Below, in pieces: positions 11,131-22,686 of a DNA stretch of 64,000 nucleotides. This DNA comes from Eledone cirrhosa (Eukaryota), in the NCBI GenBank assembly GCA_964016885.1, contig OZ024741.1:323020001-323084000 (forward strand), in the 5' to 3' direction. Numbering within the stretch: the stretch's first letter is position 1; the number at the start of each line of letters is the position of its first letter. A program made the position numbers and the translations under genes. The notes below the pieces were generated by a model. The model made no database searches, was not told where the DNA came from, and worked only from the letters and a program-made list of their open reading frames with translations.

Positions 11131-12579
11131 CTCCTCAATGAAATCCATAAAGACCTCCCTTACCTCAACGGTGGTTTGTACCGCGATGATGCACTTCTAC
11201 TCATAGAATATAAAAAATTTAATATAGAAAGAACTAGAAAACAACTGCATAAGACATTCAAAAACTTTAACCTTACTATCACCATGGACAAAAACACTAA
11301 AAATGTTAACTTCCTAGACGCCACACTATACCTAGACTCAAAAATATATACACCTTTCCATAAGCCTAATGAGAAACTTATTTACGTAGATACCAAGTCT
11401 AATCACCCTAGATCAATATTAAACTCTATCTCTAAGGGGGTGTCCAATAGAATCTCTAGTCTGTCCTATGACGCAAACATATTTAGCAAAAACTCACAAT
11501 ATTACAATCAAGCATTAGCTAGCTCCGGCCATAATATAGAAATAGAGTTCCTACCTAAGAAAACACATAGCTACAACATCATCTCGCACAACATGTCCAT
11601 GAGGAAATCTAATAATAGGAATAGCAACCACAAGTACACCAAAGCGGAGGGTGCCACCGGAAGTAACCATTACCATGGAAACTACTGGGAGGCCTTAGGA
11701 GGAAGCAACACACCAAACACTAAAAGCAAAAATAGAAGAAGAAATAATACATTTTTCAACCCTCCTTTCAACCTAAATGTCTCCACCAACATACCTAGGG
11801 CTTTCTTCTCACTACTAGATAAAAACTTCCCTCTAGGACACAAGTACCACAACCTCTTAAACAAAAACACCATTAAAATCTCATACTCTACGACGCCTAA
11901 CTTAGCATACCACATAGCTAGCAGCAATAATAGTAAAATTAGTTCTTACTTCCAACAAACAAAATCACAACGGGATGCAAACCCTCTAAATACCACTGTA
12001 GCAAGCAACAATAGCAACGGCAGTAACAATAGAAATAACACTAGTATAAGTAATAACACCAGGGTTGTCAACCTGAACACCCAAAATCCTATATCCACCA
12101 CACAGACTTCCGCATTGCATTATAACCAGCGGACTAACGCACAGAATAATTGTAACTGTAGAGCTAATAGAACCTGCCCCTTAGATAAAAAATGCCTAAC
12201 CAAGGATGTCATATACTCATGCACAGTCACGACTAATAACTCTTCAGAAACCTATGTAGGCTCCACTTCTAACTGCTTCAAAATTAGATATAACTCGCAC
12301 ATCCACTCGTTCAAAAAGCACAGCCTAGCCAACTCCACCTCACTTTCTAGCTACATACACTATCTAAAATCTAAAAATAAACCATACACACTCAAATGGG
12401 AAGTGATAGGCAGCGCGACCTCGTACAAACCACCTAATAAATTCTGTAACCTCTGTATACTAGAGACACACAATATTATCTTCTCCAACCGTAACCTACT
12501 TAACAAAAAATCTGAGGTGTTTGCAACTTGCCAACACCGCCTCAGACATTCCTTCCAAAACTTTAAGCCCTATATATAG
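11131..12579 (+). pseudogene. 5'-truncated copy of the PLE ORF (RT YRDD to GIY-YIG)
   Basis: Matches 15330-16778 except ~3 substitutions seen; the ORF-track N-terminus (11086-11130) is read-through from the inverted pLTR. Confidence 0.9.
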
Positions 12580-14022
12580 CAATGTCGGACTGGAACCTAA
12601 CACCACATCTAGCATCAAACACCAGAGACACACCCTATACTACATACCCAACACTAGCTGATCCATTATAACACAAACAACGACATCCCTCTGGAACCCT
12701 TCGCAGGGAAAATACCCATTTATACCTCTACGGCAGGTGTGACAACATCCACCCACCTGGACGGCACTACACCGCTCTAAGGGTAATTTGAGCATGAATT
12801 GATCGGTTGGATGGTGTTGGGCAGAGGAAACACCTTCCTTAGACAGATGTAAAATGATTTAATCGAGTAGCGCTGTTGACCAGTAGGACCGGGCTGCTGA
12901 GCGCAGTGAGTGAATGCAATGCAACTGCCGTGCGGGTTGTACGTATATGGATGATCTGACGGTCAGAGAGGGGTCGCGAGGACTGCGGATTGACCTTTGG
13001 CCTGCCTGGGGACGATTATCTTTCGACATCCAATGTAGCAAGCGATGACCCAGATCTTACCAGAGATCATTGGGTCCTGAAGCAATCCTGCAATCACCGC
13101 GCCTGGTCATATGAGCAGACTACAACCACAGAGATCATTAATTTAGAATCCTCGCTCATCATCTATAATTTCCATTTGTAGCACCTTAAGATGGGTTAAT
13201 CCACCTTAATAATAATATGATCACCTTCAGCATAATTTAGTTAAACTACTCTATAGTTAGTGCACTTTATGCTTTAAAAGTCTCTCTTGGAAGGTGCACC
13301 TCACCATAGAATTTAGGGTCCATATTGGGACACATTTTAATGGCTAGATATAGAAACCCCAGAGTTACCTCCCCGCATGCATTAACTCCCCTTAGCCACA
13401 CACACACTTCCGGTATTCAATGGCGTCTCTCGAAACGTAACAACCTCCTGTATCGAACTAAAGAACACCAGACTACGATCTCTAACTGGATTGTCGTGGA
13501 TTATGTGAAAGGCATATAATCGAAATATACACTCCCTTGACCATGAAAATGCCGAAGTACATGAATTACTTGACATCCCTGCGTTGTGCATCTCCAATAC
13601 TTATAACACTTTTAATGCTTGCACTATCTTTAATACTTATAATATTTCTCCACACACAGACTACATCAATCATATAAAGACTTTGCCACCAGATCTACCA
13701 ACCTAACACTCTTATTTACCTACCTAAGTGCCTCTACCACACATATCTCTCTGCCACACTATATAAACAAGACGCACATGCGTGCCACACATATAACATT
13801 TGCACTATATAACCACTTATCTTCATGTTGTACTTTAACCTATATCTTTGATTTTTGATTGTACCTATTAATATAAATGTAATCTCGAAGTGTGTACTGC
13901 CACTCTAAATTTTGTAATGAATGTTGACCCACAATGTTTGAATATGTATCAATGTTTGAATATGTATTGGTATGTCTCTCGGCTGAAAAGGAGGTCATAT
14001 AACTGTCCATGCATTAATAAAT

Positions 14023-14069
14023 TGCTCCGAAGAATCCAAACCTCGGTTTGGAGGAAACAGCTGTAAGCA
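14023..14069 (+). ncRNA. Hammerhead ribozyme in pLTR (CCGAAGA core variant)
   Basis: tgct-CCGAAGA-a-tccaaacc/ggtttgga-g-GAAA-cagctg-TA-agca. Confidence 0.75.
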
Positions 14070-14318
14070 CAATAATGTTTTGAACAGTTCTTTGATTCTT
14101 ATATTTCATATAACTGCTCTGTAAATCATCTGATGTTTTTACATTGAGCTACTTAACTTACTGGTAATAAGGTAGTAATACATTACTGCCTACCACTATT
14201 TAGGGTGTGTGTAAAATACTTACAACTGCTTAAGGTTTTGTGTTTACATAACCATAAATAGTATAACTAATACTATTAACTGCTCCATATCGTTGAGCTG
14301 ACATATAATATTGCCAAT

Positions 14319-16778
14319 ATGCTAATCAAAGACCAACTCCCCATGTCAACCAAGAACATACCAATACCATCCAGGAATACATATGAGAAATTGCTGATCA
14401 ACAGTGTTAATTCATTTATCAATAGAGTGAGATGGAGGACATTCCATTATGATAGAAACAAATCTAACAACTTGAATAATACTAACAATTTTGACTCCTT
14501 CGGCTTTAAAACCTTTAAAAGCCCCCCTCATAACACTCTACTTAACTCCTTTGAAAATGACCTAGTTAAACTAGTTAAGAACATTAAATACAATAAGCAC
14601 CATATTAGAAGCAACACCTTCTTAAACAAACTTAACACTTCTATTAGTGGATTCAAAACTAGTAATAAAATTATTGTACACGCAGATAAAACTAATAACA
14701 TATACAGCCTAGATTATATTACTTATAGAAAGTTTATATATAATGAACTACATAAAAGCTACAAAAAAACCACCTTGAAAAACTTAGAAGATATTAATGT
14801 AGAGGGTTATAATATAGTGTCTAAACTAGGACTACAGAGGCATACACAACCTTTCACTCCGAACCCCCCTAGATTCTCTCTGAAGGACCATAAGGAGAAC
14901 TTCATCAGCAACCCCACGATAAGACTTATCTGCCCTTCCAAGTCCGACATTGGTATTATCAGCAAGAAGATTTTGGATAAAATCATCCCACAAATTAAAC
15001 ACAAGATACACCTTAAACAATGGGGAAATACGGGTGAAGTAATTGAATGGTTTAAGGATATCAAGAATAATAAGAACAAAAAATTTATTCAATTTGATAT
15101 CAATTCATACTACACCTCTATTTCCCCTATCCTATTAAATAAGGCACTTATCATGGCCATGACCAATAGCGACCTGACTAGAGCCCAGGTTGATGTCATC
15201 CTTGCGGCCCGTAAAACCATAATCACCTTCGAGGACCAACTATGGACACGCAAGGATACGCACAACAACTTCGACATAACCATGGGATCTAGTGACTCGG
15301 CGCAGGTCACTGATTTGGTCGGCCTATACCTCCTCAATGAAATCCATAAAGACCTCCCTTACCTCAACGGTGGTTTGTACCGCGATGATGCACTTCTACT
15401 CATAGAATATAAAAAATTTAATATAGAAAGAACTAGAAAACAACTGCATAAGACATTCAAAAACTTTAACCTTAGTATCACCATGGACAAAAACACTAAA
15501 AATGTTAACTTCCTAGACGCCACACTATACCTAGACTCAAAAATATATACACCTTTCCATAAGCCTAATGAGAAACTTATTTACGTAGATACCAAGTCTA
15601 ATCACCCTAGATCAATATTAAACTCTATCTCTAAGGGGGTGTCCAATAGAATCTCTAGTCTGTCCTATGACGCAAACATATTTAGCAAAAACTCACAATA
15701 TTACAATCAAGCATTAGCTAGCTCCGGCCATAATATAGAAATAGAGTTCCTACCTAAGAAAACACATAGCTACAACATCATCTCGCACAACATGTCCATG
15801 AGGAAATCTAATAATAGGAATAGCAACCACAAGTACACCAAAGCGGAGGGTGCCACCGGAAGTAACCATTACCATGGAAACTACTGGGAGGCCTTAGGAG
15901 GAAGCAACACACCAAACACTAAAAGCAAAAATAGAAGAAGAAATAATACATTTTTCAACCCTCCTTTCAACCTAAATGTCTCCACCAACATACCTAGGGC
16001 TTTCTTCTCACTACTAGATAAAAACTTCCCTCTAGGACACAAGTACCACAACCTCTTAAACAAAAACACCATTAAAATCTCATACTCTACGACGCCTAAC
16101 TTAGCATACCGCATAGCTAGCAGCAATAATAGTAAAATTAGTTCTTACTTCCAACAAACAAAATCACAACGGGATGCAAACCCTCTAAATACCACTGTAG
16201 CAAGCAACAATAGCAACGGCAGTAACAATAGAAATAACACTAGTATAAGTAATAACACCAGGGTTGTCAACCTGAACACCCAAAATCCTATATCCACCAC
16301 ACAGACTTCCGCATTGCATTATAACCAGCGGACTAACGCACAGAATAATTGTAACTGTAGAGCTAATAGAACCTGCCCCTTAGATAAAAAATGCCTAACC
16401 AAGGATGTCATATACTCATGCACAGTCACGACTAATAACTCTTCAGAAACCTATGTAGGCTCCACTTCTAACTGCTTCAAAATTAGATATAACTCGCACA
16501 TCCACTCGTTCAAAAAGCACAGCCTAGCCAACTCCACCTCACTTTCTAGCTACATACACTATCTAAAATCTAAAAATAAACCATACACACTCAAATGGGA
16601 AGTAATAGGCAGCGCGACCTCGTACAAACCACCTAATAAATTCTGTAACCTCTGTATACTAGAGACACACAATATTATCTTCTCCAACCGTAACCTACTT
16701 AACAAAAAATCTGAGGTGTTTGCAACTTGCCAACACCGCCTCAGACATTCCTTCCAAAACTTTAAGCCCTATATATAG
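14319..16778 (+). CDS. Penelope-like reverse transcriptase + C-terminal GIY-YIG endonuclease (819 aa, uninterrupted)
   Basis: ADKT motif, QFDINSYYTSI (motif A), ITMGS, YRDD, VNFLD, Cys linker CNCR..CPL..CL, VIY...YVG (GIY-YIG), CNLC, LLNKKSE..CQH. Confidence 0.95.
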   Translation: MLIKDQLPMSTKNIPIPSRNTYEKLLINSVNSFINRVRWRTFHYDRNKSNNLNNTNNFDSFGFKTFKSPPHNTLLNSFENDLVKLVKNIKYNKHHIRSNTFLNKLNTSISGFKTSNKIIVHADKTNNIYSLDYITYRKFIYNELHKSYKKTTLKNLEDINVEGYNIVSKLGLQRHTQPFTPNPPRFSLKDHKENFISNPTIRLICPSKSDIGIISKKILDKIIPQIKHKIHLKQWGNTGEVIEWFKDIKNNKNKKFIQFDINSYYTSISPILLNKALIMAMTNSDLTRAQVDVILAARKTIITFEDQLWTRKDTHNNFDITMGSSDSAQVTDLVGLYLLNEIHKDLPYLNGGLYRDDALLLIEYKKFNIERTRKQLHKTFKNFNLSITMDKNTKNVNFLDATLYLDSKIYTPFHKPNEKLIYVDTKSNHPRSILNSISKGVSNRISSLSYDANIFSKNSQYYNQALASSGHNIEIEFLPKKTHSYNIISHNMSMRKSNNRNSNHKYTKAEGATGSNHYHGNYWEALGGSNTPNTKSKNRRRNNTFFNPPFNLNVSTNIPRAFFSLLDKNFPLGHKYHNLLNKNTIKISYSTTPNLAYRIASSNNSKISSYFQQTKSQRDANPLNTTVASNNSNGSNNRNNTSISNNTRVVNLNTQNPISTTQTSALHYNQRTNAQNNCNCRANRTCPLDKKCLTKDVIYSCTVTTNNSSETYVGSTSNCFKIRYNSHIHSFKKHSLANSTSLSSYIHYLKSKNKPYTLKWEVIGSATSYKPPNKFCNLCILETHNIIFSNRNLLNKKSEVFATCQHRLRHSFQNFKPYI

Positions 16779-18221
16779 CAATGTCGGACTGGAACCTAAC
16801 ACCACATCTAGCATCAAACACCAGAGACACACCCTATACTACATACCCAACACTAGCTGATCCATTATAACACAAACAACGACATCCCTCTGGAACCCTT
16901 CGCAGGGAAAATACCCATTTATACCTCTACGGCAGGTGTGACAACATCCACCCACCTGGACGGCACTACACCGCTCTAAGGGTAATTTGAGCATGAATTG
17001 ATCGGTTGGATGGTGTTGGGCAGAGGAAACACCTTCCTTAGACAGATGTAAAATGATTTAATCGAGTAGCGCTGTTGACCAGTAGGACCGGGCTGCTGAG
17101 CGCAGTGAGTGAATGCAATGCAACTGCCGTGCGGGTTGTACGTATATGGATGATCTGACGGTCAGAGAGGGGTCGCGAGGACTGCGGATTGACCTTTGGC
17201 CTGCCTGGGGACGATTATCTTTCGACATCCAATGTAGCAAGCGATGACCCAGATCTTACCAGAGATCATTGGGTCCTGAAGCAATCCTGCAATCACCGCG
17301 CCTGGTCATATGAGCAGACTACAACCACAGAGATCATTAATTTAGAATCCTCGCTCATCATCTATAATTTCCATTTGTAGCACCTTAAGATGGGTTAATC
17401 CACCTTAATAATAATATGATCACCTTCAGCATAATTTAGTTAAACTACTCTATAGTTAGTGCACTTTATGCTTTAAAAGTCTCTCTTGGAAGGTGCACCT
17501 CACCATAGAATTTAGGGTCCATATTGGGACACATTTTAATGGCTAGATATAGAAACCCCAGAGTTACCTCCCCGCATGCATTAACTCCCCTTAGCCACAC
17601 ACACACTTCCGGTATTCAATGGCGTCTCTCGAAACGTAACAACCTCCTGTATCGAACTAAAGAACACCAGACTACGATCTCTAACTGGATTGTCGTGGAT
17701 TATGTGAAAGGCATATAATCGAAATATACACTCCCTTGACCATGAAAATGCCGAAGTACATGAATTACTTGACATCCCTGCGTTGTGCATCTCCAATACT
17801 TATAACACTTTTAATGCTTGCACTATCTTTAATACTTATAATATTTCTCCACACACAGACTACATCAATCATATAAAGACTTTGCCACCAGATCTACCAA
17901 CCTAACACTCTTATTTACCTACCTAAGTGCCTCTACCACACATATCTCTCTGCCACACTATATAAACAAGACGCACATGCGTGCCACACATATAACATTT
18001 GCACTATATAACCACTTATCTTCATGTTGTACTTTAACCTATATCTTTGATTTTTGATTGTACCTATTAATATAAATGTAATCTCGAAGTGTGTACTGCC
18101 ACTCTAAATTTTGTAATGAATGTTGACCCACAATGTTTGAATATGTATCAATGTTTGAATATGTATTGGTATGTCTCTCGGCTGAAAAGGAGGTCATATA
18201 ACTGTCCATGCATTAATAAAT

Positions 18222-18268
18222 TGCTCCGAAGAATCCAAACCTCGGTTTGGAGGAAACAGCTGTAAGCA
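18222..18268 (+). ncRNA. Hammerhead ribozyme in 3' pLTR (CCGAAGA variant)
   Basis: Identical to 14023-14069. Confidence 0.75.
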
Positions 18269-18299
18269 CAATAATGTTTTGAACAGTTCTTTGATTCTT

Positions 18300-18350
<51 letters not shown>

Positions 18351-18356
18351 TGTTGA

Positions 18357-18438
18357 GCTCTGCTGATGAATGATATTCCAACCGTGACCATCTCCACTGA
18401 AAGTTTTCATGAAATAGTCTTTTAAGACTATACAGAGC
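18357..18438 (+). ncRNA. Full type I hammerhead ribozyme
   Basis: gctctg-CTGATGA-atga..tcat-GAAA-tagtctt tt aagacta-TA-cagagc. Confidence 0.9.
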
Positions 18439-18985
18439 ATTTGATGTTATTCCAAATTGAAGGATAAGTGTTTCAAACTTTGTTTTATTATGAGTTAAAG
18501 GTCTATAGATTTTTCCATGGATTTTACTAAATTCTGTGGATGAATTTGTATCCTGATTCTCTTTTGAGATGAGTTTGAGTTATTTTTCCTAAATCTTTCG
18601 TTAACTACTTTTCCCATCTTGACGTTATAGTCGCATATATGTTATAGAATGCCGTTAGCTTCTTGCTAAAACAATCTCTATACGTCTCATTTATATTTAT
18701 ACTCGGATTCTTTTCCTAGAGTGCTTAAACTATCTGTGACTAATCCCGGTTTTTTTCATAAAAACTGTGATAATTATTGCTATCTTGCTGAACTCCTTGT
18801 AGAGTTTTTTTCAGAATGTATTTGACTGCTATTTCTTGTAAATAAACATTCACTTCCATCCTGACGTCACTAGCCCCGTTTTTTCCTCATGTGCTTTTTC
18901 ATAAATACACATGAAGGCGAACTAGCCAGTTTTAGAATTCCCTTTTTCGGACTATATTACTGTGAGAGCCCTGGTTTTCTGTTGA

Positions 18986-19067
18986 GCTCTGCTGATGAAT
19001 GATATTCCAACCGTGACCATCTCCACTGAAAGTTTTCATGAAATAGTCTTTTAAGACTATACAGAGC
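18986..19067 (+). ncRNA. Full type I hammerhead ribozyme (second copy)
   Basis: Same sequence as 18357-18438. Confidence 0.9.
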
Positions 19068-19349
19068 ATTTGATGTTATTCCAAATTGAAGGATAAGTGT
19101 TTCAAACTTTGTTTTATCATGAGTTAAAGGTCTATAGATTTTTCCATGGATTTTACTAAATTCTGTGGATGAATTTGTATCCTGATTCTCTTTTGAGATG
19201 AGTTTGAGTTATTTTTCCTAAATCTTTCGTTAACTACTTTTCCCATCTTGACGTTATAGTCGCATATATGTTATAGAATGCCGTTAGCTTCTTGCTAAAA
19301 CAATCTCTATACGTCTCATTTATATATATATATATATGAAAATAGGGTG

Positions 19350-19885
19350 AAAAAGACGATTATTAGGAAGAAAAAAAAAAATTTTCCCTTTTATTTTTTT
19401 CTCTTTTTTCTGGGTTAGAAAATGTTTAAAACAAAATATTTTACTTTGTGTGAAGTGTTAAAGTATTAGTTAATTTATTTATTAATTAACAATGCCATTT
19501 ATTATTTTGTCTTTCCCATTACCTTATCATGTTCCACATTACGCCCTTTTTTCTTTTTTCTTTTCACTTCAAAAACCTTGTTTGTAAATAACATTATTCT
19601 TTCTTCCCCATTTCCTTAACATGTTACATCACCAACATTTTACACCAATACAAATTCCCCCCTTTGATAATGCATAAAATGATGAAACCGATAATAGACA
19701 ATTATTAAATATATAAATAAATATATAAATGGCATTGTTAATTAATAAATAAATTAACTAATACCTTAACACTTCACACGAAGTAAAATATTTTGTTTTA
19801 AACATTTTCTAACCCAGAAAAGAGAGAAACAAATAAAAGGGAAAAAAATATATTTTTCTTCCTAATAATCGTCATTTTCATATAT
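19350..19885. repeat. AT-rich inverted repeat
   Basis: Arms ~19350-19503 and ~19725-19885 are reverse complements. Confidence 0.75.
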
Positions 19886-19942
19886 TCCAAATCGTGTGCT
19901 CCTTCTCCACATTTTATTGTTATTATTATTATTATTATTATT

Positions 19943-20485
19943 ACATGTCGGCCCTTGTGGCTAATAAATGAAATCATTATTGCGAAAGAGATTATATGGT
20001 GGACCAGGTTGAAAGGACTAAAGACAGACACTTTTCTCTTCGGCCAATCCCTCATCAACTTCTTCAAGTTTCACCTGGAAAGGAGGGTGAGGGTGGAGAG
20101 AGAAGTGCTGCCCCCCAGTACATTTGCTAAAAGGTGGGTGAATGTGGCAAGAATGGCTCGTGTGAATGGGCCTACTCTGACCATGCGCCTATAGGCTGGC
20201 TAACTTGAGGAGAGGGGTGCTCTCCTGGGTGCCCTAGAAGCGCAGGGTGGTTCAGGATTGGTGGGGTACCCGAATCACCCCAGGGTCGTCCACCCCCTAT
20301 CGGGGAATATATTTTGTTATATTTTGCATAGTTTATTTTATATTTTATATTTTCATTGTTAAATTAGTCTTGCCATTGTGCACTTTTACTCGACCTTATT
20401 GTAAACCCCCACTGTCCCTGTCTTTGTATTGTCCCCTACATGTCGGCCCTTGTGGCTAATAAATGAAATCATTATTATTATTATT
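19943..20485 (+). mobile_element. Two stacked 5'-truncated copies of the Tx1-type LINE 3' end
   Basis: 19943-19975 and 19980-20470 match the 3' end of the element at 25895-26390; each ends AATAAATGAAATC(ATT)n. Confidence 0.9.
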
Positions 20486-20714
20486 AATGGCCGCACATGT
20501 GTGAAGACAGACAAGTCTGCGGGGAAAAAGGTTCGTAGCTTTAAGCTGTTTTAAAGTGTCTTTTTTTTGTATTTTCTTGTCATTAGCGAAACTTAAGGTA
20601 CACATCTTGATTTAAAGAGAGGGATACCTCTCGATATTCGGGCTTTAAGCCCGAATATTCAGATTTATTTTTTAAAAACTTCGAAAAAAATCGCTTCCCC
20701 ACCAAAAGAAAATT

Positions 20715-22558
20715 ATGGAAATTTTCGACCTTGAAATGGTAAACAATGTTCAGGTCAAAAGTTTAAAGGCAGCCACTGCAGATTTCACCACGACTACGAC
20801 GGCTACAGTCATGCCTGTCATCCACTCTACTGAATGTGAAGGCAAAACTAAAAAGCTACCATCACAACCTTCTGTCATAGCAGCAGTATCATCTGAAAAC
20901 GACATCACCACCACCGCCACCACCACCACCACAACAACAACTCAGAGCAATAACGACAATAACACCGACAGCTTCAATGTAAACAAGGATGACGGTGGCA
21001 ACAGCAAGAATGACAACAACAACAATAAGAGCACCAGAAACACCACATTTGCTGCAGAAGCAGCAAAAACAAAGCGCTTATTGAATATCGATATTGATAT
21101 TAGCGATAAAGACGAACAGTTGGCCAAAGCGTGGAGGCTAATTAAACGGGAGAAGTCCTGGGCAAACCTGACCATCCCGGACGAGGCAATAGCGGCCATG
21201 CAAAGGAGGACGGTGCTCTTTCGATGTATTTCGGTGCAGACACGAAAAGTGGAACTTGCGAGCCAAGCAGAGGTAGAGGCTGCTTTGGAGTACATGGGAA
21301 GTAACATAGAGTACAAAGCAAGAGGCAAACATTTCGGTACCATCTCGGTACTGTTCAAAACCGAGGCCCTCGCTATTAAGCACTCGGTGACCCCCTGCAG
21401 AACGGAACGCATTATCATGCATCCGTCCTATATGGGTAAAAGGACAGTGAAGGTACGCATTCCCAGCATCCCACCAGGAATGAACATATGGTGGCTGCTG
21501 GGATGCGTAATTGAGGAGGGGACAGACACCACCCTCCTGGACATCAAAAGGACAGAGAGAGAGGACTGGTCCGGAATGGATTTGGAGATTCTTCTCCAAA
21601 TGAAACCGGAAGATATGAATAACATCCCGGATTTTGCCCGCCTGCAGGACGGGACAACAATCCAACTAATGATTGACGGAAGAAGGCCACGCTGCTTCGT
21701 TTGCGGGGAAGCAACACATCTTCAAGCCTTCTGCCCTCAGCGCAAAAATGCAGGGCTCGCAAACCTCCTTCGTTGCCAACGCCAGTGTCAGCACGGAAAG
21801 CTGCACCACCACCAAAAACAACATCAACAAAAACACGGACACCAACATCAAAAGCAGCCGGATCACCACCAACACCAAAACCAATCCAAGGAGAAAACGA
21901 GGAAAGCTCCCCCCCCCTACCCCCCCCCCCCCAACTATACACACAGACAAAAAAAAAATAAACGCACAAACAGACACAGAGACACTCACAGACACAGACC
22001 CTTTGTCTTCCAGCAGCGAAGATGAAAGAAAACCCAAAAGTGCAAAAAAAACAGAGAAAACTCACAAAAAAAAAGCCCCAACAAAACACAAAAATGCACA
22101 CAACAAAAAATACAGACACCACTAACGCAAACACTTCCCCAATAACATCAGCACCATCAGCAACATCGACACCACCTCCACAATCCCCGAAACGCAAACA
22201 ACCTAAACAAACACAAGTACAAATAAACACACAAATACCTGAAATTGCAGGCACCACACCTACAACAAACATAGTCACACCCGAAACAACACCACCAAAA
22301 CCATCGCCACCACCTTCACCAAAACGAAAACAAATAAAACCACACCAACAAAATGTTAAAAACTTCGTGCTTGTCAGAAGGGCCAACGATAAACTGATGG
22401 CCTTCTTAGCGCGAAGCGAGGACATTCAAACAAAGGAGGAGATTTTTGAAATGAGCATATTTGCGTGCCAGAAGATTTGCTTCTGGTCCGAATGTCACTC
22501 AATTCCTTCAAATAAATTCGAGAGAGCTTTCCTCAAGACGTGGGAAACCCGAATGTGA
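20715..22558 (+). pseudogene. LINE ORF1 (gag-like, zinc knuckle), frameshifted
   Basis: CFVCGEATHLQAFC knuckle; the T/P/K-rich C-terminus continues in other frames across homopolymer runs. Confidence 0.75.
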
Positions 22559-22686
22559 AACCCACATCAAGACTTTTAAAGCGGTTCCCAAAAGAAACCC
22601 CACCAACCATGGAGGTCGAACCACCCGACCTTCACAAGACCCGGGAGGTAAGTAAACCTTCCCTCTCTCTCTCTTAGCTTACCAAT

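Larger units (their letters stand above)
10217..18311 (+). mobile_element. Young Penelope-like retroelement insertion: inverted pLTR + 5'-truncated copy + full copy
   Basis: 10217-11132 is the reverse complement of 13361-14276; 11131-14112 is repeated at 15330-18311 (offset 4199); both ends merge into (TA)n. Confidence 0.95.
18348..19325 (+). mobile_element. Non-coding direct-repeat element with two hammerheads (retrozyme-like / non-autonomous PLE)
   Basis: 349-bp repeats at 18348-18696 and 18977-19325 (offset 629), each with an HHR; flanked by (TA)n; no internal ORF. Confidence 0.85.
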
